The position numbers and the translations under genes are program-made. A stretch of DNA of 63,068 nucleotides, counting the filler, from Licmophora abbreviata (lineage: Eukaryota): the NCBI GenBank assembly GCA_900291995.1. It is 11 parts of 11 records of this genome, joined end to end, with 100 filler letters (N's around TTAATTAATTAA, not from the genome) between each part and the next. Parts side by side here need not be neighbours in the genome. Positions count along the whole stretch, not along the records: positions 1 to 4,428 come from OLMU01001271.1; positions 4,529 to 9,552 come from OLMU01001273.1; positions 9,653 to 19,021 come from OLMU01001274.1; 8 more parts are not named here. One strand, given 5' to 3'. The notes under the pieces are model-generated. The model ran no database searches and was not told the origin of the DNA. It saw nothing but the letters and a program-made list of their open reading frames with translations. Shown piece by piece: positions 1 to 11,400 of the stretch; position 1 is the first letter of the stretch; every line of letters begins with the position of its first letter.

Positions 1-239
1 GCTTTGATTTTCTTTTGTAAACTCGTGACTCCAGATGACGTCACTCATGAACTAGGCAGACTGGCGCGCGCCGGCCGAGCACGTATAATTGGGAAGACCG
101 GTCACAAACTGAGAGAACCTGCCACTCGCCTATGCCTTCTCAGATGACCAACAGCACAAAATGACCAGGGCTGACAACCAACGCAAAAAGACATTGAGCC
201 TCTAGAGGCGAGGATCCAGTAGCACATATTTGCTTGGAG

Positions 240-1781
240 ATGATAGTCGCGCTGCGTGATTCAGCTCCACAACCGGCGTTGAACCCGGAGGCCTCACGGT
301 GGAGATCAATAGCTTCGCTCCTGATGGCAATCCTTGTTCTCGTTGCAATAAATGATGTTCGAATGTCGAACTCAACGTATGGCACGAAGAGAGGCCAAAG
401 TGACTTTCTCAACGAGACTGACTTGCACGACATCATCTCATCGGATCTATCGTCTAAAGTTCCAAGTACCATCGATCCATCGGTGAGATCAGGTACCAGC
501 GTGGATCACCCCAAGTCTAATCTACCAAATGCCACAGCAATAGGCACCAGTTCACCAGAAAGCGGAGAGGGTTTTGTCATGAAAGATCTAAATGCCAGTA
601 GTCCCGTATCAGATAATTCCACCTTCACCGTTGAGGTGGCGTCTTTGGAAACGCTATGTGAAGCATGTAAGAAGTCAACTGTAAAGAGATACTTCACATG
701 TGTTGCGAGAATCAAACTTCTCATTGATGGAAGTAACCTAACTGTAGAGGCGGCTCAGGGACACGTCAGCAAGCAGTTTGACGACTGCTCAGCATGTGAC
801 CCAGCGACATGCAAACACGAAAATCAGGGGGTCACTCCTGTACCAACTGTGCATGAGGGGGCAACGAACACGACTATCTTGTTTGTACACATCGGAAAAT
901 TTGGTGGGGACACTGTGAAGAATATTCTGGACGTTGTCTGCGAGTCCCATCGTAATGACAACGAAAGCCTAGAACAATGCCTGCAGAGGATACCGAAAAC
1001 TAGGCTAAACGCGGCCGTCCAAGGCTACGCTCACGCCTTCCAATGGTATTCAAGTCCCAGCATTGTTGAAGAAGCACGCAGCTATCTGTTCGACCTGACT
1101 CATCCCCTTGATCGGGCCCTTTCCTGGTACAAGTACTCCTATCCAGGCGCATGCGACGAGTCGGCTAATTCTAGTTCTACCAACTGTCACATATATCGTG
1201 AAGTTGAGTCTGATCCGAATGGGTGGGCGCAACATTTCTTTCATCAATGTTTTCCTTCTGTTCATGATTGGGCAACAAAGGCAATTGCCGCTTCATCTCC
1301 ATCTGAACAGAAGTCTTCAAAAGAATCAAGCGATTGTCCACAACTCGGCTTGGAGACTTTCAAAGGAACGCTTGAATTAAGCAACGAGAACAGAGCAGCA
1401 GCTCCCATGATTTCCAATCTTCAGCAGAATGAAAAGCTAACGATTGGTAGGTACCCCGGCAAAGAAACACTGGTCGTTCGCGCGCGCAACGTATGGGAGG
1501 ATCTCAAGGCTCTAGACAAATGGCTGGGGGGCAGTAACGAAGCTTTGGACGCCCTGGAACAATCTTCATCCAGCATATATGAGCCATACCAGCTTGGAAT
1601 GATGTTGAGTCGAAGACTTTGCTGCATCCTGACCGATGAGATGCTGGCGTACAGAGATCTGGTTGAACGCGCGGCGAATATCGACCAGTCAAAGAAGGAG
1701 GAGGAACTAGCTTATTTGGCTAAGCGGTGTGGGTCCCCTTCTTGGTCCCAATGGCTGTATATGTGTGGTGTTTCGGACTAA
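240..1781 (+). CDS. Type II membrane sulfotransferase-like protein, paralog 1
   Basis: N-terminal hydrophobic anchor, Cys-rich module, FVHIGKFGGDT (resembles the HIPKTGGT 5'-PSB loop) and LTHPLDRALSWY (3'-PB-like). First ATG at 240; the ORF track start at 234 is TTG. Confidence 0.7.
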   Translation: MIVALRDSAPQPALNPEASRWRSIASLLMAILVLVAINDVRMSNSTYGTKRGQSDFLNETDLHDIISSDLSSKVPSTIDPSVRSGTSVDHPKSNLPNATAIGTSSPESGEGFVMKDLNASSPVSDNSTFTVEVASLETLCEACKKSTVKRYFTCVARIKLLIDGSNLTVEAAQGHVSKQFDDCSACDPATCKHENQGVTPVPTVHEGATNTTILFVHIGKFGGDTVKNILDVVCESHRNDNESLEQCLQRIPKTRLNAAVQGYAHAFQWYSSPSIVEEARSYLFDLTHPLDRALSWYKYSYPGACDESANSSSTNCHIYREVESDPNGWAQHFFHQCFPSVHDWATKAIAASSPSEQKSSKESSDCPQLGLETFKGTLELSNENRAAAPMISNLQQNEKLTIGRYPGKETLVVRARNVWEDLKALDKWLGGSNEALDALEQSSSSIYEPYQLGMMLSRRLCCILTDEMLAYRDLVERAANIDQSKKEEELAYLAKRCGSPSWSQWLYMCGVSD

Positions 1782-2039
1782 GTCGAATATTTTTCTGTGA
1801 GTTGCTGTGTCTACCACTTAGCCTAGACTACGCATGCATCGTAATCATGCTAATGCACCAATCGCGGCGTTGTGTGCTCAATCACGACTTTTGATGTTTG
1901 ACGTCATCCCCGTGAATCAATCGTCGGACATTTTTTTCCTGATGACTGATCCAGCTGTGACCCTGATGATGATCATCATCATTGACCAGTTCCATCGCTG
2001 AGACAGTGTTATACCTCCCCATCAGAGACGAAGAATGCG

Positions 2040-3458
2040 ATGACACTTGAAGTAGAGAAGAGACAGAAGGCCGCGGATGACAAGATGATTGTTGTCCTGG
2101 AAGGGAGGGTTCCCTCAACAGGGGTGCCGCTAAGAACGGGGTTGGGTCGGTGGAGAAGGCTTGTTCTACTAGGTGCCTCTGTTGCGATTATTTCAATCAC
2201 TAGGATGTCCAGTGATGCCTACCTTCTTTCTAGATTAGCGGGTATGATGGTTTCAAATGAGCTTGAATCGCAGAAAGCGTTGAAAGCTCCATTGACTGCG
2301 GCAGACCGCTTGTGCACGCCTTGCAAGCTTGCTGCCGTTGGAAAGTCTTTCACTTGCACTGCAAGAATAGATAGATACTTGGTAGACGGAACTGTCAGTA
2401 TAGAGACAGCTCAGAAGACTGTAAGTAAGGAGTATGAAGAGTGCTCCGTTTGTGACCCTGATAAGTGCAGCACCCATGAGGGCGAGGTCAATGCAATCGA
2501 GGACTTCGCGCAGGCTTCTCAGATGCAGGAAAACAGCTTGAACAGGACCGCTCTGTTTGTGCACATCGTGAAATCTGGAGGCGAAACCATCAAGAATATT
2601 CTAGAGGCAGGCTGCAGGTCTCGTATGAATAGAAAAACTCGGGCCGACTGCCTTCAAAAGGTCCCACAGTCTCGTTTGAGCAGGGTGGTCCAGGGATACA
2701 CGCACTGTTTTCAATGGCATCCAAGCGCGCACTTTGCTGATGTCGCTAGCACTTTTCTTTTCAACCTACGCCACCCATTGGATCGAGCTGTTTCATGGTA
2801 CCACTTTGTGCATCCAGACCTGTGCGATAAAGCAAAGGATGCTCGGTCAATCAAGTGTAAAGTTGCTCGAGAGTTGTCTGTTGATCCTGGATTGTGGGCT
2901 GGGAAATTCTTCCGGCAATGTTTTCCATCCATACTCGATTGGGTAAACACTGCGACGAGTGCAGATGTATCTCGAGAGGTTTCTTCTGCGCCCAATTGCA
3001 CACAACTAGCCCTAGATACGTTGCAAGGGTCTCTTGATTTCAACAAGCAAAACAGCGCTGCCGCCCATATGATTGCCAACCTTCGGGCCAATGTGAAGCG
3101 AACGATTGGTCGGGATCCCCGAAAGGAAATTCTTGTGGTGCGAACTCACCACTTGTGGGAAGATCTCCGTTACCTCAATGTATGGCTTGGGGGTCGCAAC
3201 GACAGCTTTGGTGACATGGTAGGGTCAGCGTACAATGCACGCGCAAGTGGTATTGACGAGCTGGTATTCCCAGATGAAGTGACTCGAAAGTTCTGCTGTG
3301 TCCTATCTGACGAGATGTTGACGTATAGTGATCTGATTCAGCGTGCCGTCAATCTGAACCAGACATCTAAGGACGATGAGCTCGTATACTTGGCGAACCG
3401 GTGCGGGTCACCCTCCTGGTCCGACTGGACCGAAGTTTGCGGTGTCTCGACCTTCTAA
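2040..3458 (+). CDS. Type II membrane sulfotransferase-like protein, paralog 2
   Basis: FVHIVKSGGET and LRHPLDRAVSWY motifs; aligns by eye with paralog 1 through the C-terminal RCGSPSWS.W. ATG 2085 (MIVVL) corresponds to paralog 1's start (MIVAL). Confidence 0.72.
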   Translation: MTLEVEKRQKAADDKMIVVLEGRVPSTGVPLRTGLGRWRRLVLLGASVAIISITRMSSDAYLLSRLAGMMVSNELESQKALKAPLTAADRLCTPCKLAAVGKSFTCTARIDRYLVDGTVSIETAQKTVSKEYEECSVCDPDKCSTHEGEVNAIEDFAQASQMQENSLNRTALFVHIVKSGGETIKNILEAGCRSRMNRKTRADCLQKVPQSRLSRVVQGYTHCFQWHPSAHFADVASTFLFNLRHPLDRAVSWYHFVHPDLCDKAKDARSIKCKVARELSVDPGLWAGKFFRQCFPSILDWVNTATSADVSREVSSAPNCTQLALDTLQGSLDFNKQNSAAAHMIANLRANVKRTIGRDPRKEILVVRTHHLWEDLRYLNVWLGGRNDSFGDMVGSAYNARASGIDELVFPDEVTRKFCCVLSDEMLTYSDLIQRAVNLNQTSKDDELVYLANRCGSPSWSDWTEVCGVSTF

Positions 3459-3592
3459 GTCGTGCATCGCTGTTGGGCTCGCCCATCATCGGCGACCTAT
3501 CAAGACTCATCTCTAGCTTAAAACGAAAATAGTTGGACAAACAAGACTTAAACGTAGATGTTATTTCATAGGATCTGCTATGAGTCTTGTGA

Positions 3593-4171
3593 CTACACTC
3601 CAGTCGCAGGTTTGTCCGCGGGCGCCGTTGGAGGGGGGGCATCAGTCGGGGGAGTAGTCGCTTCGGGCTTCGGGCCGAACAAGTTAGCCCAATAATCATC
3701 CATACGCTTACCAAAGCTGGACCAGTAGGTCTTCATTTTCTTCCCGAAATCATGCCAGTACGTATGAACACGATCGCCTTCATTCTTCCAGCAGTCAGGA
3801 TCTTCAGAGTTCTGACACTTCTGCCAGTCGTACTTGCCCTTTTCCTTGATCTTATCCCAATCACGCTCCTTCGGTTTCGGGGGTCCTTCTGGTCCCTTCG
3901 ATGAGCCAAGCATCTGCATGCTGTTGCCGGGCTCCTCTTCCAGGGACGATCCAAGGAGAACGGGCGAGGGGTACGTGGTTCCGTCTGCGGTGAGGGCTGC
4001 AAGACCGGAAACAAACAGAAGACCAACCAGGATGATTGTGGCCAGCTTGAGCTTTCCGGGAAAACTACGGGGCGTCTCGTAGACGGAATCGGCATCAGCA
4101 GACGCCATGTCGACACGCAGATGCTCAATTGGGTCGGAGTGCTGATACGATTTGATGGTGATGGACGCCAT
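3593..4171 (-). CDS. Hypothetical single-pass membrane protein with Trp-rich 11-mer repeats and a Pro/Thr tail
   Basis: 192-aa ATG-initiated ORF; hydrophobic IILVGLLFVSGLAAL; YWHDFGKKMKT/YWSSFGKRMDD/YWANLF. Confidence 0.6.
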   Translation of the reverse strand: MASITIKSYQHSDPIEHLRVDMASADADSVYETPRSFPGKLKLATIILVGLLFVSGLAALTADGTTYPSPVLLGSSLEEEPGNSMQMLGSSKGPEGPPKPKERDWDKIKEKGKYDWQKCQNSEDPDCWKNEGDRVHTYWHDFGKKMKTYWSSFGKRMDDYWANLFGPKPEATTPPTDAPPPTAPADKPATGV

Positions 4172-4428
4172 GGTTCAGATTTCGTAGACGTGCGGCGGGG
4201 TTCCAAACTGTCCTCTAGGGATCAGGGTAGAGTTTGTTCGTAGCTTGGGATAGTTTAGCTACAGGTGCTAGCCGCAGAGGAGAGAAAGGGAGATGCTCTC
4301 AACCCCAAACTGCAGCGTGGAATCAAGATCTAGTAAGATCTCCTTTCGACCCGAACATGCGTGTCTCATGATTGTTGGAAAAGTTAGTTTTGACTTAGGG
4401 CAGAATGGTACCAGCGGACAGACCTGTG

Positions 4429-4528
4429 NNNNNNNNNNNNNNNNNNNNNNNNNNNNNNNNNNNNNNNNNNNNTTAATTAATTAANNNNNNNNNNNNNNNN
4501 NNNNNNNNNNNNNNNNNNNNNNNNNNNN
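4429..4528. other. Artificial scaffold spacer 44N-TTAATTAATTAA-44N (10 copies)
   Basis: Identical 100-nt units start at 4429, 9553, 19022, 25856, 31808, 33389, 39014, 50058, 56126 and 61749; the core gives stops in all six frames. Confidence 0.97.
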
Positions 4529-4849
4529 GGTTTGTTTCTAATAGCAGCGGGGCTGGAACAATAACAAGACAAGGAAGAGCAGTGAGCAGAGTGCTCGAAA
4601 CATACGAGGATAGCACTCGTTCCAAAAGCGACGAACGTACGTTCCAAAGTACATCGAATCCATAGCCTCGAAAGAGTTTTCGACCAGCTCATTCAGGGAA
4701 GATTCCATGGTTTCCATGTGCGCATCTTCGTGGTCCTCCAGCACGGCCCGCAGGAGGCGCGTGAGCGGCTGAGGGATGGGATATGTGGCGCGCGACACAT
4801 GGTGCACAGGAGGAGTCAATTCGTCTGAATCGTCGCCGTTTTCGTCCAT
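4529..4849 (-). CDS. Hypothetical membrane protein, 3' end uncertain at gap
   Basis: ORF MDENGDDSDE...LCSLLFLVLLLF; stop at 4538 lies 9 nt from the gap and may come from a homopolymer error at 4549-4552. Confidence 0.4.
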
Positions 4850-5154
4850 GATGAACTATCAAAAAGGCTCTTAAGGCACCAAGGAACCAGCTTGACGGCA
4901 ATGACAAGGAGCAGGAGAGCAATAGATCTCACACAACGAGACTGCCATTGCTGCCTCCAAAGCAAAACCCTGATGAGACACGAGGACGCGCAACCAATGT
5001 GATTGCAGCGCGCGAAGAGTGATGTTGAAGCGCGAAACAAGAAACACGAGCTCTTCGATTCGAGCTCCGAGTTTGACGAAGCTACGATCCGTTTGCTGAT
5101 TTCCAAAGGACAACATGTTCGCCCATGAGCTTCAAGCTAGGACAGGACTCTTTT

Positions 5155-8038
5155 CTAATTTACATCGTTAACTGTTTGATGCCCTGTGAGTGCACATCCA
5201 ACCACGTCAAGTGTGCCGCTAGTCCGAATCAGATTCCGAAAGATCTTCAATGACGAGCCTTCGTCTGGCGGTTTTTTCCTTGGCCTCGTTCGCTTGTTGC
5301 TAGAACCGGATGGGGAAGGCGAAGATCTCTGTCGATCGATAGAAGTGTGCTGAGTCAAATCAATAAGCTGGCAAGTTGGAGCACTACCTCGAGGGCTTCG
5401 TCCCCCGGGACTGGACCTAGTGCGGCGTCTACCTGAGACGCCGCTTGGCGATTTTCGCGAGGAGCCACGTGGCGATGCCCGCCGCTTCACGGCAGCCGTT
5501 GGGGATCGCATCGTCATCTCATACTTTATCGGCGTCCCGCTGTTCATTTCCTTATCAAGCTCAGCTATCTGTCGCTCGAGTTCGGCCGTGCGTTGCAACA
5601 TCTGTTCCTCCATTTGCCGCAGACGATCTTCTTTTTCAAGGCAAGCCCTTTCCCGTTGCTTCAATGCCTCTTCTGCCTTCCTTGGTCCACCTTTGAAGTC
5701 GCTTGCTTGCTTATCAAGAAATTTTTCGGCGGGCTTGACATTCAGATCACGTTCTTGCCACGAAAGAAGCTCTTCGTTCTTCTGACGCAGTTGCTGCATG
5801 AGCTCTTGGATCTGCCGTTCTGGCTCGACGCTCTCCATCGGAAAATTCTCGGTGTTGTCGTCAATTTGGCCAATCCCATTGAGGTGAGCTTCTTTGAGCT
5901 CCTGAAGTTCTCGGCGATGGGTCTCCGCGTCATTGGAATCATTCAGCATCTGCGACGAGGCAGCTTCAGCAGTCGCAAACTCTATCTCCCTCTTGTGCTC
6001 TGAACAGACGGCTTCAAGTTTCGCTTCCCAATCGGTCCGCAAGCGGCGCTTCTCAACTTCAGCTTGCCTGTGATACTCGTCAAAACGATCGGCGGCAGCA
6101 CTCAGCTCCCGCTTAAGGCCTTCCTCGCGTTCCAATGCCTGGTATTGCTCCTCGATCTTCTCCCTCAGAAGGATATCGTATCGTTCTTCCTCTGGAGTCT
6201 CGTTCGCCACCGACATGAATTGAAACTTGGGAGCTTCGACAAGCTTCACGGGGAAGCGCGCTTCAGATATTTTTAAGTTCCGCTCAGATCGGGGTCGTTT
6301 CAACAAGTCATCAAGAAACGACTCCTCTGGCGACTCGATCGTACCGACGAGAGACAAGAGAGCTCTGGCCACATCGGTCAGCTCGGGCCATAGGCTAAAT
6401 GGCGACGGCTTGCCTCGAAGAATCGCCGCGTCCAAGCTGTGTATTCCATTCATCTCTGTCGGCGGATTCAGAGTTGCATGGAAGAACGACTTCCAGGTTT
6501 TGCCATGTCCAATGCAGGGATTGCCAAATGCTATTCGGTCCCAATGCCGATTTACCACGCCATCCCGTGTCGCGCACGTCTCGAGAGGTATCCCGCCAGA
6601 GAGTAGGAGATTCGCCATGTTGGCAATACTGTGCAAGTCGTGCCGGAAGCGCCACTTTCCATCCTTTTGGCTCTCGCCGGTGTGTTCATCACAGAACTTT
6701 CGGGCCTTCTTGCCAAGACCGGTGCAAACTAGACCCCACGAAGCCTCAATCCCTTCGTCATTGATGTTATTCATGCGAACAAGTAGGAACGAATCCAGTC
6801 CTAAGTCATTGTGGGCAATGTTGCAGTGGTGCAGAGTATGAACGGCCTCCAGAATCTGCAGAATGAACCACGCAATGACAGACTCCGGAAGAGCACCGGA
6901 CTCGGCGTTCCACCGCATCACGTCCTCCAAGGACCCGAGAAAGTCAGCAGATTCGCCATACACTTCGAGACGAAGTGAGAGACGACAAGGTGAGTCCTCA
7001 GAAACCAAGAGATCAAGAGGCTGCGCAAAGCATCGCGAGGCTGCCTCTGGAGAGTCACGATGAATCCATGAGAGCAAATGTGCCTCCCAGAGCAGCTGTT
7101 GGCCCTCGTTGGTGTACCAAACTGATTCATTTGAAACTTCCGTAGGTAGAAGGAATGAAAGATCAAAGACATTCAGCATGGCAGGACAGATGATCTGCCA
7201 CCATTCAAGTCCTTGTTCAGGAGAGCTAAGGTAGCCGCGACCAGATTTCTTCTCGTCCGGAATGGATGCACAGTCGGTGACGGGGATCGGTGGGGCTGGA
7301 CTTGTTGACAAGAAGGCGTCCCGCGTAAGAACCTGATCGGGTGCAGCATTCACTGGCGTACGATCGGGGGAGCAGATTCGTTTCCGCCGTAGTAGTCGCG
7401 ACAACATTCATCCAATCCGCGTCATCGCCTCCATATGCATCGTCCAGCTTGCGCCTCTTGCTCGTGACACCATTGTCCACGTCTCTTGAGGACGCCGTGT
7501 TTACGGTAACTGTCGTTTCCGTGCGCAGATTCGTCCTTTCCAATGTTGCTTCTTTCGTGTTGGACTCTTCGATTCGGTCCTGCGGAGGCGTAACACTGGC
7601 GCAAACCGCAGCTCTACTAGATGGTTTGGGAATTTCATCGCCCGTGGTTTTAGTATTCTTTTCGGACTTTTCCACTCTTTCACCTGCCTGGTTTGATTGA
7701 CTGCTTTTCTCCTCTTCAAAGGTATCCTCGTTTGCCGTGCACGCGTGCTTGCCCCCTCGCTTCTTGCGTCGGCGTGGTCGATAGGTGGACTTTCGAGTCT
7801 TCTTGTTGTTGTTTTCGGGGCCTGATTGCTCCGCAGTAGCGTCTTCAGTAGTTGTGGACAGTGGAACACTAGGCACTAGATTTTGGGCCTTGGGTGCTTC
7901 AATGGTGCCGTTTTCTTCGTCGTCGGCCGGTGCCGACCACTCCCATTGACCAAAATCATCCTTGGGCTGCCATCGACGGAGGTCCTTGCGAGAGGCAATG
8001 CCAATTGTTCGATGATCAAGACCATGAGTTCGAGGCAT
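5155..8038 (-). CDS. Bub1-like (pseudo)kinase with coiled coil and basic Ser/Pro tail; one frameshift near 7368
   Basis: LPESVIAWFILQILEAVHTLHHCNIAHNDLGLDSFLL resembles the Bub1 alphaE/catalytic loop. ORFs 7226-8083 and 5155-7407 join if G5 at 7366-7370 is G4. First ATG at 8038. Confidence 0.55.
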
Positions 8039-8414
8039 GCTTCCCAAAAAGTGTGAAGAGAAGAGTGTGTTTGTGTGTGCCACGCTTCCTGAAGCGACGA
8101 CGACGGTGATCTACTGTCGTGGAGCAATGCCATGGCCAAAAAAGCCGTGTGTGCTCGATAGTCGCGGTTTAGAAGTTTTTACGTAGCTCTACGTAGAAAC
8201 TCTACGGTCCTGACTATCAGTCTGTCCGCCATCCCTAACAGCGCGCCAAATTTTGTCATGGCGCGCTCCGAACACAAAGTTGTCGATCGCCGTCACAAAT
8301 GAATGCCAGTGCTACCCGCATGGAATCGAACTCGTTGCTGTGTCAAGATCCCTCGGTTCAGTCTTACGCTACACGAAAGCAAGAGCACCCTTTCACGCTG
8401 CTTGTAGAGTGAGG

Positions 8415-11400
8415 ATGGCCATCCAAGCGAAAGCGTCGCCACCGGCGGACGACGACGACGACGACTCTCACACGACTCTAGGTGGACATCAACATCACCG
8501 CCATGATGGCGACAACGACGGTGGCTCGTGTGCTTCCTCCGTCGATCTCCTCGCTCCTTCCTCCTCCCCCCAGAATCCAACAGAAGCGCCCGTCGTCATG
8601 TCACCGGCGACACAGACGCTCGACTTGCTGTCTCAGTCGCAGGACGAAAACGATCTACGATACGATTGGTCGCAGCTGGAACGCGACGCTCGCGCATTGC
8701 AAAAAGAGGACGAACAGCAACAGGAAGATCGTCGTCGGCAGTCTCAGCAACAAGACGATCCGCTGGAAGTCCAGGGTGAGGCAGTGGAGAGACAGCAAGA
8801 AGAGTCGACTCCCAAAGAGCAGCAGCAGAAGTCGGCAGAGCAGCAAGCATCGGATCTGCGTGAGAACGAGGAAGAAGCGGACGTGTTGGTGGATCCACTC
8901 GACTTTGCCGACTGGTATGTCAGTGATATCATTACTCTATGTGAATCTGGAAAGGTTGGTCTGACCTTGATTCGGAAGCAGAGTCGTCGTCACGACATGT
9001 GCTACGCGATCGTCTCCAAGGTCGCGCCCGACAAACAGGCGGGAAGAGCGGGAGTGTTGCCGGGAGACGTCATTTGTCGAGTCGGATCGACGGATGCGGG
9101 CAAGGAATGGATTCCCCATGATGACTTTCATCGAATGTGCATTTCGTCGAGTCGCCCAATCGTCTTTCGTGTTGCGCGGGAGCCCCAGAGCGAAATAACA
9201 GAAGTAGACTCGCAAAATATGAGGCTATCAGAGAATGTGGATGCCGACACCGATATTTCTCTGGTGGAGCCTACGGCTGGTCTGGCCTCTCAGTGTACTG
9301 TCCCGGAGTTTGGTCATCGCTCCAATCAAGGTGTAGCGGTCCTCACTACAGTGCCAGTGACTGCAACGGAAGGGCTCGTTTCTGCGCCCACGCCTTCTCG
9401 CTCGACAGATATTGGCGCCTCAAACTGCGGCCACGCGGGAACCATGCAGGAAGAATCGAACGGTCCTCGAGTATTAGGCAGTACAACTGTTACCAGTGAA
9501 GAAGAACTGGTTCCCTTCTGCCGGACATGCCATGGTTCGACGAACCCTGTCCNNNNNNNNNNNNNNNNNNNNNNNNNNNNNNNNNNNNNNNNNNNNTTAA
9601 TTAATTAANNNNNNNNNNNNNNNNNNNNNNNNNNNNNNNNNNNNNNNNNNNNAGAACTGGTTCCCTTCTGCCGGACATGCCATGGTTCGACGAACCCTGT
9701 CCATCATCCCATGTGTCCAAAACATCCCGTCTTTTTCTCTTCTGGTGCTCACGAGAAGCTCGCTCTGATTCGTCAAGGAGTCCAACGGCAGTGTCCAGCT
9801 TGTATTTTGCACTATCAGCTCGGCAAACTCCCTTCCAAGGGTGGAAAGGTGGCGCATGCACAAAACTGCGAGACGCTCCGGCAGCCTCTGTTTCAGAATG
9901 TTCGAGCTACGGCAGCTGTGGGCAGACTCGAAACGACAGATGCAATCCTAGCGAGTACCGAGAAGACAACCAAGTCGAAGCGGACCAAAAAGGGAAAGAA
10001 AAACGGAGCGGCGAAGAACAGTACTTTGGGCTTCATGCTATCGGACCAAGACGATGTCCAGGCTGCGGCGAGGACACTTTCTTCCTTTACAAGCGACAGG
10101 ACAGCGGACTATGATCAGGGACGTAAGCAGCAAACGTTGGCTCGACGGACAGCGACGCGAGAATCTCGAATACAGAGTCGGCATGTGACCCCGGCAAGTG
10201 CCCGTGCCTCGAAACTGAAGCAAGTGCCGAACCGGTCTAAAGCCAATGCCGCCAATGCTTTCATTATGCCAGAGTGGGTGCCCTGTGGGGATCCTTGGGG
10301 GGCGCCTGGCTATGAAGAGGGCGACGTTGTCCTATTTAGTCGGTCGCGAGGATATACAAGCCACGAGACAGAGTATCCTCACGCCAGGTTCGCCTCTAGT
10401 CCTTTCAGCACGAGTCCTTTCTACCATGACACGCACCAAACCCCAGCCCAAGGCGCGCAGACACTAGTGTTGACGAGAGATCGACTCGCAACAAAAGAAT
10501 GGGGATTTACATTTCGCCGTCACGAATTCGGAGGAGCATGTCTTGTCAAGTCAGTGGAACCGTTTTCACCGGCGGCAGCAGCGGTAAGAGGAAAGAAGGG
10601 ACTAAAGTCGGATGCTTCGGACGTCCATTGCGCTAACTAATGTTTACGGTGTTCGTTTACCTATAGAAATACCGTGGATGGGAAGCGAACGACACTGGAG
10701 ACTCGGCACTCCGCGTTCATGACATGATTGTCGCGGTGAACGGGCAAGCAGTCGGTGGGATGACGACCCTGGGGTTTGAAATCGAACTGAGCGTCTGTGG
10801 CCCCGAGGTTCAGCTTGCGGTGCTGAGGTACAAGCACCCAGAGCAAGCCTCCCGTCAACTTATGAGAAGAGAAAACCGAGAGTGGGATGCATTCGAAGAA
10901 ACACAGCACGATTGTCGTCGCCTCGATAGTTTCGCATTCAATGTCAACAGTAGCCCGATGAAAGACACAGCAGGTGATCTTCTTCCAGATCGGGACATCT
11001 CCCCGATCGCCTTTCGCCGTGGAGATCACCTAGCCACTGACGCCACTTTTGCGACCGGACTAACTCCAATCTACCAGCACCAAGAATTTTCGGAACGGTA
11101 TATCGGCGGCCTGGAAAACTATTCGCAAACACCGATCGCCCAGGATCTTTCGTCCAATCGAGACAATAGCGTGGATGCTTCGTCGTCCCATTCCTCCGAT
11201 AATCTGACCGACGAAGAGGAGAATGGAGCCACTTGGGCGAACGACGATAACCCTTGGCTTGGATGTGTATGCGGTAAGACTCATCCAGAGCCCCAGCCCG
11301 TGTTTTGGATACGATGCGATGACTGCGGAGCTTGGTACAATGCGAAGAAAGAATGTATTGGATTTTCAGAAGACGCAGCTGCGAAACTTTCTGAGTGGAT

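Noticed and set aside
4473..4484. Recurring TTAATTAATTAA as a repeat array or piggyBac TTAA target
   Set aside because: Always centred in exactly 44+44 Ns; an assembly linker.
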